Notes: generated from the letters alone by a model not told the origin. 58,970 bases of DNA, filler included, from Sphacelaria rigidula (GCA_964200075.2; 8 parts of 8 records of this genome joined end to end with filler, not necessarily neighbours in it); one strand, 5' to 3'. Numbered from the whole stretch's first letter, positions 23,791 to 37,802 are shown. A program made the numbers and translations.

Positions 23791-25398
23791 AACCAGCTTG
23801 TTGCATGAACATTTACCGCCGAAGACGCCACGTGATTCAGTTTTCCAGCAATAGCTGGATGTGATGACCAGCATATATGTACGTACTACTGTCGAGGTCA
23901 TATTCTGCGTTTGTCCTGCGACGACAGGGCGCTGCTGATCGTGACTCACGCACATACAAGCACAACTCGTAGCGTATGCATGGCAACGGCCTGTTGTATG
24001 CTGGCGTTGCCTCGGCAAAGAAAGAATCTACTGGGAACCCCCACGACAGGCTGTCCGTTCAGCGTCCACCTAGGAGCCCCGGCGATGAAGAGGTCAACTT
24101 CCCAGTGTCACTCTAACGCCCGGCTTTTCATGTTTTGGATTTTGCCCTTGTGCTGTCCTTCCCGCCAGCTGCTGCCTGTGGTATGGAGTTTAGTGTGCAA
24201 TGACTTTCAAATTAGCAGCGGTATCTTGATGTTGATCGTACTTTGAAAATGTGGTGTATTTTGTCAATTCTTGTGCTAGGTACGTGCACGGTATGTGGAG
24301 TCTATGCAGTACGGCACAGTGTAGTGCATCACAGTACGCTGTAGTGCAAAATCAAGAAATGACTGACTGTGAGTGGACCCTCAGCCTACGTGGGACCACG
24401 GGCAATAAGGTCTTCCTCAAGGGTTTATGGGAGCGGTGATTCTTGTCATGGATGAGCATCGAAGGGGTGCTGCTGGAAAGCGGGAGTGCGTTGTCTAGTG
24501 GACAGGGTGGAGGACCTCGCCTCCCAGTAGGAAGCAGGACATACACCCTGAATAGCGACGGACAGTTATAATTGTTCAGGGCGGACGAGTGGTGGGCTTG
24601 TACGTAGACGTGGCCGACAAGACTTGGCGAAACCCTTGAACATTCGTGTAACTCCATCTATTGTATTCCTCTATAGTTGTCAGTATGACTTAATTATTGC
24701 CGTGCTCCGTTGAAGATTCGCTGCCATTCATTGACATTTTGATGTACGTTGTTGCGTGGGGACTCGGGAAGTCTGGTGGCGGAGGATCTGTGGAAGTTGT
24801 ACATCACTTCGAGGTATGCTGAGTTTTGTTCCCCCCCTTGAGTGTAGGTGTAAAGATATATATATATATATATATATTCACGTCATGAACGGGTTGTTCA
24901 TTCGTCGAGGCATTAATGCTGTGCCTATGAAAGGTATGTTGCTCAGAGTTGTTACTATCACAGGGAGGATCACGCGTGAAGGCGAGCGAGACTGCCAGTA
25001 CAGTACAGTAGAAACGAAACACAATATACTTTGCCCTTAATCTCCACACATCCCACACACGTGCACTCGTGCATAACGTGCAAAAAGTCGGTGGGATTTT
25101 TTTCTAAACCTGTAACTGTCTGGATGGTATTTAATTGATCGCCAACCGCGGAGTCTGAAGGTTTACTGGTAGATGGAATTTGTCGAAAAATGTACGAAGC
25201 ACGTGCCGCCGTTACATATATCGCCCCCACCGTTGCCTGACCTATATCCTTGTCATGGTGCAGCTACTACACTAGCTACGTACCCCACGCGAACCAGTTT
25301 CCACACTCTCGCCCCAACCCCCTACCGCAGCCGCACGCCCTGTGACCCTCTTCGTCCTGTGTGCTATTTTGATTGTGTTGCTTGCTTCTTTTCTCCAG

Positions 25399-26388
25399 CG
25401 TTGGTGTGGGCAGAATTCACGGATTGGTCAAGGCGAACAGTCAGTCGCAACGTTGCGGGTGTCCCGTTTCAATTTGATATCCGCCAGTGGTGTAGCAGCG
25501 CGCGAAAATGGTGGCTCCGTATGGTGGAGATGGATCTCCAGGCCAAGCCGGTGAGACACGGACAAAATGGTTACTGTACCTTTTTTGCTGCTGTACATTT
25601 CGTTCTTCTTCTCAAGTGCTTATTTCTGTTGCGCACGGGATTTTCGATACACACCAGCTGTACAATCTACGGCACCCTGGGTCTGACGTGGCGTCTAGTG
25701 TGAAATTAACTCTGTTGACACTGACCTTGACTTACTCTTGTACCGTAATTTTCAGACCAGTGAAGAATACGCTCTGAATGTTGCCTACGTGCTGTTGGGG
25801 GCCACGAAACCCAAATAATGTTGAATCCAACACGACGTCGGTCGTCGTCTTTGGTTCACGTTTCAATTTCAGGACTTCTTCCGATTATATGAGCAAGGTA
25901 TGCAGGAGCGGGATGCATGGAGCAATCAAGCGGTGAAGGTGGACGCGCGAGTCGAGGACGAATGGGACAGTATTTACGTAGAATGTCAGGACTGCGAGGA
26001 CAGCGGTGGCGGCGGAGGTACCCAGAGCGCACGAGGGCGACCGAGCGCGGCCGGCGCTGGTGCCGCTGCGGCTGCAGAGGGGTTGACGATGATGAAAAAC
26101 GGTGTCGCGCGAACAACAGCGGCGTATTTTTCGACGCCCTCACCTGCGACGAGGGCAGGTGGTGGCTCTGCACGAGATCGAGATTTTCCCCCGAGGTTTT
26201 CATTGTCGCAGGATTTGGATTTCGACGCTATTTTTGCTGGGGAGGAGGAAGAGGAGGAGGAAATGGAGGGCAAAGATGACGAGGATGGTGACGGTGATGG
26301 TGATGATGGAGAGGAGGGTGTGACAGACGGGGAGATTATCGACTGTGCGATTCGGGGGAAGTGGTATTTCAAGGACAATGACGATCAG
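25399..26388 (+). CDS. Two exons of an uncharacterised protein with an acidic low-complexity region, ending at the start of a possible GYF domain
   Basis: Exon 25399-25550 (ttctccAG / GTgaga; LVWAEFTDWSRR...MDLQAKP) joins in phase 0 to exon 25873-26388 (atttcAG / GTgaga; DFFRLYEQG...E/D-rich...GKWYFKDNDDQ). WYFKDxxxQ resembles the start of a GYF domain, but the expected GPF exon was not found. Confidence 0.65.
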
Positions 26389-26669
26389 GTGAGAGGCGAG
26401 ACCTTTCGAATGTTTGGGGAGGAAGAGGGAGGAAGGGGGGCGACGGTCGGCTATTTTTTGTGTCTGTGCATGGAGGGGGATGTGTTGTATGCGCCGTATT
26501 GAGCGAGTATGCTGTTGCGATGTTGCTGGAATGGCCTTCCTGCGAATTTCTCTGTTGATTCTGTTTCGGAATTGCGTGAAAAAAGGAGATGGTGATTGTC
26601 GCTGGTCGAGTACTTCACTAAGCTACTTCCATCTCTTTTCCTTGTGCATCGGTCAGGTGCTGACGCAGT

Positions 26670-27036
26670 TGTGTGTGTATGTGTTGTCGTCCCCTTTATT
26701 CTGGGCGCCAGTCTACCCTTTTCGGGATATGTGGGCGCATCAACCAGGGTCACACAGGAGGACGGTCAACACGGGAGCCTTTTTTTGTTTTGTTTTTGTT
26801 TTTAGTACCCCACCTTCCTTCTGCGATGCTTGCCTTCATTTTTTATCGCGAGAGGGGTTCAGCAATTCCTTTCCTTCGTCGACCGTTAAGTCGAATTATG
26901 TGTACCCACGACATGGTCGCTCTCCACTGATGGGCATGGTGTAAGAAAAAATCCCAGATCGCTCCGGGAATCGAACTCCGCAACTCAACCATCAGAAGGT
27001 CACGAGGTTACCAACTGAGTCACCGGGGCGACCGGC
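26670..27036 (-). mobile_element. tRNA-derived SINE, family B (full-length)
   Basis: Reverse complement of the 43208-43569 copy, with A/B boxes and a (CA)n tail. Confidence 0.85.
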
Positions 27037-29537
27037 TTCGTTCTGAACCTACTGAGTGTTACTCAGTGTTGCTCCCTGTCTCGAAAAGACCTGTGCATGT
27101 TGCCACAGCTTCGTTTTGTGGCTGCATTATGTTGTCAATTGGCTCCTGCCTTGTAGAAAACACGAATCGCCACTTCGTTCACGTGTTCCCTACTCTTGTC
27201 GATGGCCGATGCCGACCCACACCGTGCCGCGCGTATCTCGGTGTTCATCGGAGCAGTTTGAACTGTGCCATGCCCTTCATTGACCTACACCGTGTACACT
27301 GTCTTCGCGTTTTGGAACCCATGGCTTGTGTTGCGTCCGACATGTTCTTGAGGTCATCTCTGCCCGCGAATCAGTCTGTAAACACGTGACGGTAACGATC
27401 ATTTTGCACTTGTCGATATTATTTTCGTTTCGTATTGTGTGTGCATTTATGTATTTGCTCTATGTTTGCCCAGCCGCACTTTTCTCCGCAATGACGATGG
27501 TACGCCACGACTACGGTGGCACTCGACATCACGGGCGGATCTATCCAGGATCGTGGAAGGTTGCGTTGACATGGCACTTTTCTGCGGAGGAATTCAACTC
27601 TTCCCCGGCCTCTCGAATGGGCAGGACCCTTGAACGGCCGCTTCAGTAGGACATGATATCGTCATTTTGCGCCTCTACGTGGGTAATTTTTGGCCATACC
27701 TGTAGATACAAGAAACAAATTAATGTAATGTTTGTGTACAGCAGCGAAGTTGCAAAAGTGGAGTAGGATTTTGTCAATGCAAATACAGGAATGGGGCAAT
27801 TGCGATGCTGTCGTACTGAGTACTACCAACAGCACCATCAACCGCGGAAGTACGCAGGCTCACACACACGCCCGGGAGGAGCATTCTCGAGCTGTCGTGG
27901 ATGGAAACAGAAGCGCGATTTGCAAGCTGCTGTCCGTGACGGCCGTTTACTACTACGCTTGGTTTTGACATGTACGAAGTATATATGAGCCTAAGATGGG
28001 CTGGTCTGCCGATGTGTCTCGACTGGAATGTTGGCGTTGGAGCTGTAGAGACCCGAGGGTTTCGGGTTTACTTTCAGCATCTCGTTCGTGTCGTGGTATT
28101 TACGTAGGGCGCTCGCCCGTGTTGGACATATGCTGCTCCAATTTGTGATAAATAGATATGTTGGTTGCTTGTAGCTGTACCGAGTTCGGATACACGTGCC
28201 CTTTTATCATGTATTTTTTAAATCCAAAAACGATTTGGTGAGTTATTGAAAAGTGGATGAAATGCGCTACTACGAATTTTCCAAGCCAGAAGTCTTCGGT
28301 TAATATCCTTGAATGTGTGGACCCGTTATTGGACTCGAGACGCGCAGGCTTTTGTGAGGGGCCCGCCGTAGTTGGTCTCGGTTGAGCTAAAAATGTTGGA
28401 TGAAAAGGGCCAACATAATTCCTCGGGTGGAAACTATCTCACCGCCCTAGCCTGCTGCGGGCGCTACTTTTCCCAGGCTTGAGAAAATATTCAAGAGATC
28501 AAACAAAGGGGCCCTTGGCGACATTTTCCGGGAGTCGTACCCCCGAAATATTTTCAAATCGAGAAAAGAACTGGGGGGAGTGCTACGTAGTTTTCTAGCT
28601 TGTTGTCCAGGAAAATGAAAAAAAACGTCCTCGGGCTTGGCTCGGGTACTGCCCCAGCCCTACCCGAAGAAGGAGATGTCAGTTTTTTTGCCTTGGGAAC
28701 AACTGTAAGAACCTCGTATTGCTCCCGAAAAAGAGTGCTTGGCCGCTGTCTGGAATGTTTGAGATCCATATTTGGGCGGGAGACGACTGTGATCTTTCCT
28801 TACTTCGCCCCACAAAATCGGGGGCTCGCGGGAGGGCATATTCGTCTGTTGCTCGCGTAAGTCGTTTCGCCATTGACCACGTACCCTTTTCGAGACGAAG
28901 CTGGGGGCTCGCTAGAAGAATTATGGCTTCCCGAAGGGGAAAAGTTGTGGGCTTCCTTGAATCAAAACGAGGAATTCGGGCGGGCGAACAAGAACGAGCA
29001 GCGTTAAACCAGTGAAGCAACCATAACGTCACCAGGAGAAGGTGGCTTGTGCCTCGCGAAGCAGCGGCCCATTGACCTCGCCCGTGTGATCCTTCATTTC
29101 AAGATAATTTCCTTGTTGTTTGGTGATGCCCGGCACTGCGAAATACGCCCCGACTACCAAGAGTCTAACAATGGCGAGGAAAACTGTTCACTGCTAAGCT
29201 CTTGCGACGACAAAAGAGATCACAAAGTGGATCCCTATACGAGCTGGGCCGGACTAGATGCGGATTTGAGCTCTCAAAGCAATATCTCATCGACACACGA
29301 TTCGGGCCGTGATCTGCAGATCGTATTAACCGTCTGATCATGGGGAAGGTGCCCTTGTGCTCAAAAGCCTGGGCCATTTTTTTCTCCTTGGAGCAATGCT
29401 ACGGTAGGGGTGCACTTTTTTCGCGAAATTTTGTCTGNNNNNNNNNNNNNNNNNNNNNNNNNNNNNNNNNNNNNNNNNNNNTTAATTAATTAANNNNNNN
29501 NNNNNNNNNNNNNNNNNNNNNNNNNNNNNNNNNNNNN

Positions 29538-32500
29538 GATTCAGTGACACTGATGCCGTTGTTTACGATCCCGGAATAGTAAAATTGAAAGCTGTTGTCG
29601 TGGATCATCAAGAAGTCCGACTCCTCCGCATAGATCCCTGATCAAGGCGACGGACGTAATCCATCACTCGTTCGGCATACCCAGGAGAAAAGGAATGACA
29701 TAGCCATGTGCAAAGCAAAAAAAAATAATAGTCAACAGGGAGCGCCACAAAGGGCGGCGGGATGCCAGATCGTTTCTTGTCAGACGAATGAAACGTCTTT
29801 ACGAGGAAGACATGCGCCTAACCCTAACCCTAGGTACTGTCAAGTCAAGCGAACGTACAGCGGGCAACAATCGTCCACAGAAAACGTCGAACAAGGGAGG
29901 TAGGAAGTTGCTTGACCGATTGATTGATTAATTGATTGTCGCACTTTAACTGACCCCCCCAAGGGATCCAGCCGTGGTCACATGATAGACGTTAGAATAA
30001 TTATAGTCAAGTGCCAAATTTTGTTTTGACGATATAGAGATTTACCGCGGCCTCTTGTCACGTCATGTACCGTTATGGTGTCTGGTCACGTCGGGCTAGG
30101 TTGTAGCGAAAGCCAGGCGGTCTTCTGCACGTAACTCATGCTGTGGCCAATGAAATCTCCCGCGGGTACTAATGCTTGTAGGTGTTTGGGACCAACACAC
30201 CATTACCAACACTAAACGTGTTGCCCATCTCCGCCATACTGCATGTATAGCCTGGGCCGAAACTGAGACTTGTCAAAACAAAGTTGAAGGTGGCGTGGAG
30301 ATCCCGAAATACATGAATGCAAGCACAAACTTCCGAGCACAAAACACGAAAAACAGGAGACAGCGAGAAGGTAATAACCACCGCCGTCTTACCACGCGAA
30401 TTGTTGTATAGCACGTTTCCGCTGACGTCACCCTGCTTGTGCCCACGCGTGTCGACGGCGGTGAACATGTCGTGTAGCTCCGAGGAATAAATGTTGCCGT
30501 AGACGGAGGCCGACTTGTTTGAGCAGAAACCGGTAGCCTGCAGGATTTTGATTGACCCAAGTGAATCGACATCGATCACACGGGGAAATTCGTGAAACGG
30601 TTTTGTCATATCGACGACGCGACGATCAGTATGGGAGTTTATATCGGGCATGATTACCTGAACCGTGACACCTCCATACCTGTATCCCCACTACGCCGAC
30701 ACCATGACTAGAAGGGAGAAAACAAAGACATACCCTGACAGAAAGGCCGAGTATAGTTGCAACTAAGTTCGGCACTCTGACGTGCAAAGCTGGTAAGATA
30801 CGTCAAAACCAACTGAGCCGGACCGCTGGCGGAATCACCAGGAACGATGTCTAGTTGCTTACTTGGTCTATTCGTGTATCTAATTCACCTCCCACGTGAG
30901 GCCGCCCCACGCACTGGTGTAGCCCAAATACGCAATCTCAGAGTTGACGACGTCCTTCGTGTGGAAAGAAAAAAAGAGCAATAGAGGGAAAGTTCAAGGA
31001 AACGCGTCAGCGATTGAAAAGATACCGCATTCAGGCTCGGCCTGGCCTGGACACCTGGTCCACATCCGCATTGGCCTGGCGGAAAGACTGATTACGTTAT
31101 GGTACAATAGAAAATGAAGGCATTTATTGATAAGCTGCCATGGACGAAAGAGTGGATCCATCCATACCGGAGCACGATGACAATAGCAATATCTAGCTCG
31201 CCATGGGCGCTTCGCCCATGATGCAACAGTAGTATCTAACTCACCATACGTGCTTCGCCCTGGTCGCATGGGCTTCCGTCGGTGACTTCCGTGGTCGCGC
31301 TGATAAAGCTTCGTCCATCGCTTGTGTTCGTGTCGTAGGCGTTGTTCACCGTGTCCCATCCCACCACCTCAAAAAGGCCAACAAGCATTGTGCAGATGTG
31401 TACACTGATATCGGACATCCACTGTTTGAAACACATGTGCAATGAATTGGTTCGCGTATGGCGACATGTACGTTTCCCTTCGCCGATCAGGGCCGAGAAA
31501 CCTTTTGGCTTTGCATACAAGGGTTCTAAAGTATTTATCTTCTTGGACGACTTTCTATCCAACCCAAGGGGTCGGTACGTGTCGAAATCCAAACAACAGG
31601 GACAGTCGACAAAAACTTGCGGGCATGAAGCCGCTCCTTGTAAGAGAAAATAAAAAAATATGGAGAAGTGCCTTTTCGGAGCTTCTACGTCGTGTTACGC
31701 TCTAAAATAGAGCTGGGTGGATTTCGACACCTTGGAATGACTTGTTCCACGTACTCGTTGAGGCGTTCCCAGGACATCTTCGCGTTCTCCGGTGGCCGCA
31801 ATTGTGGTTTAGCCAACCAAGCATATTTGTCCGAAAACGGTCGAGAACGGTCAAATCGAGGAAAAATCGTCATTTTTCTCTGGACTTGACTTTTTCCGGA
31901 CGAAAAATGCTTGTTTGGCCAAAATAAAACTGCTGCGACCGGAGAATGCGAACATGCCCTCGAACCGCCTCAACTAGTAGGGCAAGTCATTCCAAGGTGT
32001 CAAACCCCACCTAGATCTTTATTAGGCGTAAAACGACGTAGAAGCCCCCAAAAGGCTCTTATTTCCGTTTATTTTAAGGAACGGCCTGACAGTGAAGAAT
32101 CCATACGTCGGACATTGGACACAACCCGGGAATATTGCATTGTAGACGAGAGACGGGTAAAAACTGTCGGGTACGGAAGATGAAGCAGGTATTTTGGGCG
32201 TTCGCTCTCACTCTACTTCGATGGATTGAATATTTCGCCATCGAGAGGAATCGTTAGATTCGAGGTAGCATCTATCTGACAAAATCTTGCGGTGACGTGG
32301 ATATGAAACTGAAACATCGACACACTCCGTTCACTGATTTGCAGTCCTTCAGGCCTTAAGGGCAAACGTGTGTACAGGTGGGTATTGATTGCCAAGAGTA
32401 CAAGTTGTGTGGCCAAATTCAGACATCGCTGGCCGCGATGAAGATCCGCTGTGTCACCAGCAGCAACATTGATGGCCAGGGTTCTGATTCCTTGTGATCA

Positions 32501-35146
32501 GAATATAGATTGATGCGCATCATTCGGAGTCAATGACAATTTGCACCTGGTACCACAATAACAAAACTCCCGAGACTCAATCCATCCATACATGCACACA
32601 AGCGTTCTGAGTCTGTAAAACCCTCACGTCATTTTCTTTCATGCACCATCGAGGTATCAATACAGTAGTTGCTACATACATGCGAGATCACATCGTTGGT
32701 ATGGCGAAATCAGACAGAGAATGTATATATATATATATAATATGTACTTATAGATGGGAATGGTGACCCACACGAGGTTCTGGGATGTGAGCATCATCGA
32801 CCACCGATTAAAATTGTCGATTTACAGCTTTACCGACGGCAATACCGGCTTCTTCTACAGTGGATCACACCGCGATCGCGGTCTCTACCGCTTATTTTCC
32901 AGGGTGTGAGCCCCAAACATGGTGTGTGCTGCATTCAGATGTCCACCTTTGTGTTCTCGAAGTCAAGGCTTCCTCCATACGCCTGCAGCTTGGTGAAGGT
33001 CGCGTCTGTGCCATCAGTGAGGGGGGTGCTCTTGAGTCGCAGCTCGTTGACGTTTCCCCCCGACGCGGGTCCCCACACCTGCAGCAGCGCACCATATTCA
33101 ATCAAGCACACGATAAGGGAGGCCGAGGTCACGGGCCGACGGGGAAAATAGCGGAACTGCAAAGCGGCGGGAGGAGATGGAAAACATTATGATATCAGAG
33201 CGGCGGGAAGCTTCGCCACACTTCTGCCGGAGAATTGGCGAAGATGAAGACAAACACACGCGGCCATCTGGCTACCCCCCAACATGTCTCCTGAGGGATG
33301 CGCGGCCCTCCAGAGGCAAAACAAGCTCCCGAGGCCTTCAATCCCTTTGCAGGAAACCAAACACTACCGACTTGGAGGGCCGCGCACCCCTCCGGAGGAA
33401 TTCGGGGGTAGCAACATGCCTCGGGAAGGGTGCGCGGTTCTCCAGCAGCAAAAACAAGCTGCCGGAGGCGCTTCATCCCCCTCTGGAGGAAACCAAACAC
33501 TACCGACCTGGAGGGCCGCGCACCCCTCCGGAGGCGTTCAATTCCTCTGAATGCTCGGAACGTTAACCACCCTGGAGGAAATGTGGGGGTAGCCAAATGG
33601 TCGCGTGTGAAGCGCGTGACGAGACTCTTGACCCACTAACCAAACCGCCTCCTACCCCAGTCGCGTCTATGATGCGATGGCTATTTCAGCTCGATATATC
33701 GAGCTATATGCACTTCCCCGACTTTGAGGTTTTGACCTCTCCTGGTCCGCGTACTACGTGTGTTGTGTGTGTTGTCGCCCATCTGTCCTGGTCGCCGGTC
33801 TGCACCTTTCGGTTTACCTGGGCGCACTAGCTGAGGTCACACAGGAGGAAGGCCAACCCAGGAGTTTTTTTTTTTGTTTGCTTTAGCTGTCCACCTTCCT
33901 TCTGCGGTGCTTGCCTTCCTTTTTATCGCGAGAGAGGTTCAGCAGTCCGTTTACCTCGTCGACCAAGAAGTCGAATTTTGTGTGCGCACGACATAGCCCG
34001 CTCTCCACCGTTGGGCATTGTGTGAGAAAAAAATCCAGGTCGTTCCGAGACTTAAACCCGCGACCCAACCGTCAGAACGTTTCGAGGTTACCAACTAAGC
34101 CCCCGGGGCGACCGGCACCGTGTCGGGGATTATTCTTCTAATTCGTAGTATGATTTCCTTTTATTCGCTGTTCGGGTGACGTAACATCGTGACCACGGGC
34201 CGTAGATTTGTGAAAATGACTGATGTGAGACACAACAACAGCAGCATTATATAGAAACCCAAAAAACAGACAAATAAAATACCGTGTGAGGTGTCTTATT
34301 TCACGGGGTGGGTGGGTGGGGGTGCAGAGGTGGGACGGGAGAAGGGGGAGCATGAAGAAGGCATGTCCATTTTGGAATTTTCGGCGAAGACTACTGCCAT
34401 GCTGATGTCTGAGAAAATGGCAGAACAAGCGGTCACAAACGGTGATGCAAACTACAAGAAAAAGAGAGATTCTCCGCGAGAGAGATAATTCACAGAACTG
34501 CCTATATATGTTGAGGTCACCAGGACGCAGTATCGGCAGAAACGAAATGCGAGCCTGTGGTAGCTCGAGTGAAGCTGATGACAGCCAGTCACCAGTGTGC
34601 AGAAGAAATCCCGCTCAATGCGGACAAAAAGATGTGAGCGTTGCTATAACGGCCGCTGGTTCTCGTAGTACGTTCGACCAATCCAACTGAAATGTTTAAC
34701 GTTTGCTTATGAAACCTCCATTTTATTGAATTAAGCCACACTGCACCATGGTAATGTGTTTTAGACTCATAGACCCGACATACCTGGAGAGTTACGCCGT
34801 CCTGGACATACAGATCCTCCCACAGCAGCCAGGTGCCTGTGATCTCGCTGTTGAAGGCACCTGAATCGGGGTCCACGGGAAAGAGGGGCGAAAAGAAGCC
34901 GAACGTGTTCCAGATCTCGGTGATGGTAATACATCCCCCGCGCTCCGCGGCAACGACATATAAGGGCTCCGTCGTGTTTCTCACTCCCGCACCGTTACTG
35001 GCGAACTCAAAGCTCACTTCCACACTGCCATTGCATTCAGGCTTCGCGATTGCCCCACTTGTCGCAGAATCTGTGCTGGAGGTGCTGCTTGAGCCCGGGT
35101 GCAGGAGGGCCGCGAGGATCACCCACCGCAAAAACTTCAAAGCCAT
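29538..35146 (-). CDS. Secreted mannuronan C5-epimerase family protein (alginate-modifying beta-helix); 5' six exons, catalytic motif divergent
   Basis: Exons 35146-34784 (signal peptide MALKFLRWVILAALL...GTWLLWEDLYVQDGVTLQ), 33078-32947 (VWG..ELRLKS..AYGGSLDFENTK), 31367-31245 (VVGWDT..DGRSFISA..GEARM), 30954-30889 (DVVNSEIAYLGY..GLTWE), 30537-30393 (ATGFC..VYGNIYSSELH..GHKQGD..NNSR) and 29637-<29538 (GIYAEESDFLMIHDN..). All junctions are AG/GT and phase-consistent. Motif order matches brown algal ManC5-E as recalled. Confidence 0.9.
31655..32075. mobile_element. MITE in a ManC5-E intron, with TIRs related to the 5400-5915 foldback
   Basis: Left arm gccttttcggagcttctacgtcgtgttacgc...gacaccttggaatgacttg pairs with right arm caagtcattccaaggtgtc...gcgtaaaacgacgtagaagcccccaaaaggc. 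Confidence 0.75.
33290..33600 (+). repeat. Tandem duplication with ~136-bp period
   Basis: ggaaaccaaacactaccgac(t/c)tggagggccgcgcacccctccggagg occurs at ~33352 and ~33488. Confidence 0.75.
33758..34116 (-). mobile_element. tRNA-derived SINE, family B (full-length, diverged)
   Basis: Aligns along its length to 26670-27036. Confidence 0.85.
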
Positions 35147-37802
35147 TGTAGAGTGCTCTTCTGAGGGGGTCGACGGCGGACAAAGGATGAGAAGGAAAAG
35201 GGGTACCGGACGTTGTAGGTATGGAGAAGAAAGAAGCGAAGGGAGGAACAAGCGAGGAGTGTGTTGAGGTGTTGTGGTTAGCGTGCGTTCGGTTCATGGG
35301 AAAGCGGTTTCTGAAATCAGTTCCTACAAAGTGGGTTGTGCATCTGAAGTGCCGCAAGAGCATCGTGCTACCGTTATTTCTCACCTCACCCCATCCTCTA
35401 CTAAACTTTATTCAGCGTTCGTGGTCACACAGCTGGGGCGAGAGAAACTCAAGTTTGTTGTTTTGCCCGACGCGCTGTTTCGGACAGCTCCGAATTTTTC
35501 GGACATTTTGAATTTGGGTTTCAACATTTCCGAAAATGAAGCAGCTTGATTTGTTCGCCGGGGCGTCCTGTATGGAGAAGTCCAAACGATTCGGACCGCA
35601 CCGCAGCACTTCGGGGGGCTGCCCTGTTTGTACGCCGTGGCGCTCGTAAGCGTTACAGAGTAACCAGAAACTCTGCCAGTGACACCCTGGCCCATATCTG
35701 AAAGTAGAAACCGCCGTCGGTTAGCAGTAGTGGCGTCCTTAGCGGCGAAAGCGAGCAAAAGACGAGGTCAGCACGTTGTCCGTGGTGAGAGTTCGAACGA
35801 CAGCTGGATTACTCACCAGTAAGAACGCCACCCTCTGCGCTGTTTCAGAACCTTTCCCAACGAAACCAAACGATAATGATGGGTCTTGGTCAAGTTAGGT
35901 TCAGGCTGGCGACGTAAATGCACCCGCGAATCATACATGGCACGCGGAAAGGGGCTCTATGAATACGTCCATGGAAAAAAAAAAAACGTTCGTACAAATC
36001 AACGTATGACTTGGGAACGAAGGAAACACAAAATGTTTTAGAATCGTGGATGGATTCTGTTGAGAAGTCGAGCGAGCGAGGCCATAGATTTCGGCCGAGA
36101 AGTGTATTTGCATTTTTTCCAGCAGCATTTTGATGCCTACGGAGGTTCCCACCATACTTTCGGCAGCGATCCCCCCCAAGTTGGTTTTGGTGTGCACGGG
36201 GGGGAACCGGCAACGGTTAGTCCTAAAGCTGCAATTTCAATATCTGTACGGTGCGCTAGTTGTGTCGCGCCCATCTATCCATACCGCCATGCGTGTAATC
36301 CAGTTTGTTCAGCTTCCATTTGCTCAGACAAGACGGCTGCTTTAACGTTAGCTGCGCTACGCTGCGCTGTGATGTTCGAGAATGCACGCACAGCCCACTA
36401 AGCTCAGTATAGTGGGGTGCTCAGAACTGCATACAGTACCCGACCCGCCCTCGGTACTCTTCTATTACTTGGGTGTCGGTCGAGCATCAAAGAACTCTGC
36501 CGAAAAAGAAGTCAGACGTTGTCACGAACCTCCTGAGCGATTTATTGAATACAAACTTGCAGAAGGACCAGCACTGATGATATTATAAATCAAACAACGA
36601 GAGTACCGGGGATGCACGCAAAAAACAAAATATACCCCACGTACCCATTTTTTCATCTTGGATGTCTCACGGGGGGGTATACTCATGATCATGCATGCCA
36701 TAGTCATAAGACCATAGACACCTCGCTCTCACGGGGGGGGGGGGGGAGGAAGTAGAGCCCCCCCCCCCCCCCCCCCCACCCCCCCCAAACCCCCCGAAAA
36801 AACCCCCCCCCCGGGGAAAAANNNNNNNNNNNNNNNNNNNNNNNNNNNNNNNNNNNNNNNNNNNNTTAATTAATTAANNNNNNNNNNNNNNNNNNNNNNN
36901 NNNNNNNNNNNNNNNNNNNNNCCCATCACCTTGCCACACAGCCCTTTGTGGTCGGGATGGGCCACTATTTCCTCCTTTGTTGCATGCGGCAAATTCTCTT
37001 CGGACGGGATCAGTGTTGCGGCACGCATGCATGCAACAGTATAGTACAGTACACTGTAGTACAGCGTAGTACGTCTCTCCGACTGAAGCAGCAGCTGCCG
37101 CTCCACACTCCCTTGCACGTTCTGGGCAATTCTCAGCTACCGAGATCAACTGCCTACACACCGCTTCTTCATCCTGCTACACCATATGAATTGCACCCTG
37201 CAAGTCATCGCCAGGGGGATAAGAAGAACTCATGACAGTAGATCCTCTTGTCTTTCCACAGCCCACCTGGTTTTAGGGCGTGGTGAAAATGACTACATTG
37301 TAGCATGTACACTCCCCGCTTTTCCGGTCGACCCCGTGTTAGTGTAAATTACCACGTTTTAGTAGGGAATTGAGACCCAAAAAACCCACCGGAAAACTCG
37401 GGAACGGTATACTGAGTGCAAGTCATATCATACAACCAAGCTCAAACCGCCCTGCGCTTGGAAACCTGCGAAGGCATATCTGGGCCAGGGATGGGGTCCC
37501 CACACGATCTTTACAGTGGCATCATACTCGCCGACATCCCTAGCACCGGTCGTTCGGGTCTGGTCGATAAATTCCGCCTCGCCGTGATTGAGCAGGTCGC
37601 TCGAAGACTTGTTTTTCTATCATTACACTAACACAGGGTCAACCCTGTGTTACTGGGGGGTCGGTCCCAAAAGGATTAAATCCGTTTCCAGGCTGGAGCT
37701 TCAACTTGCTCATACTTCCTGTTGTACGGGTTGGTGATGAAAATATCGTGTCAAAATTTCAGCGCCTAACTCTTCAAATTACCAATCGCATCGCCAGGAA
37801 TC

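Noticed and set aside
30040-30170. Alternative ManC5-E exon that might carry the catalytic motif
   Set aside because: The phase-compatible frame (VPAGDFIGHS...) hits a stop, and no DPH-coding sequence was found by eye in this intron.
36730-36821. G-run/C-run hairpin or G-quadruplex
   Set aside because: Homopolymer-rich sequence at a fragment end, which may be low quality.
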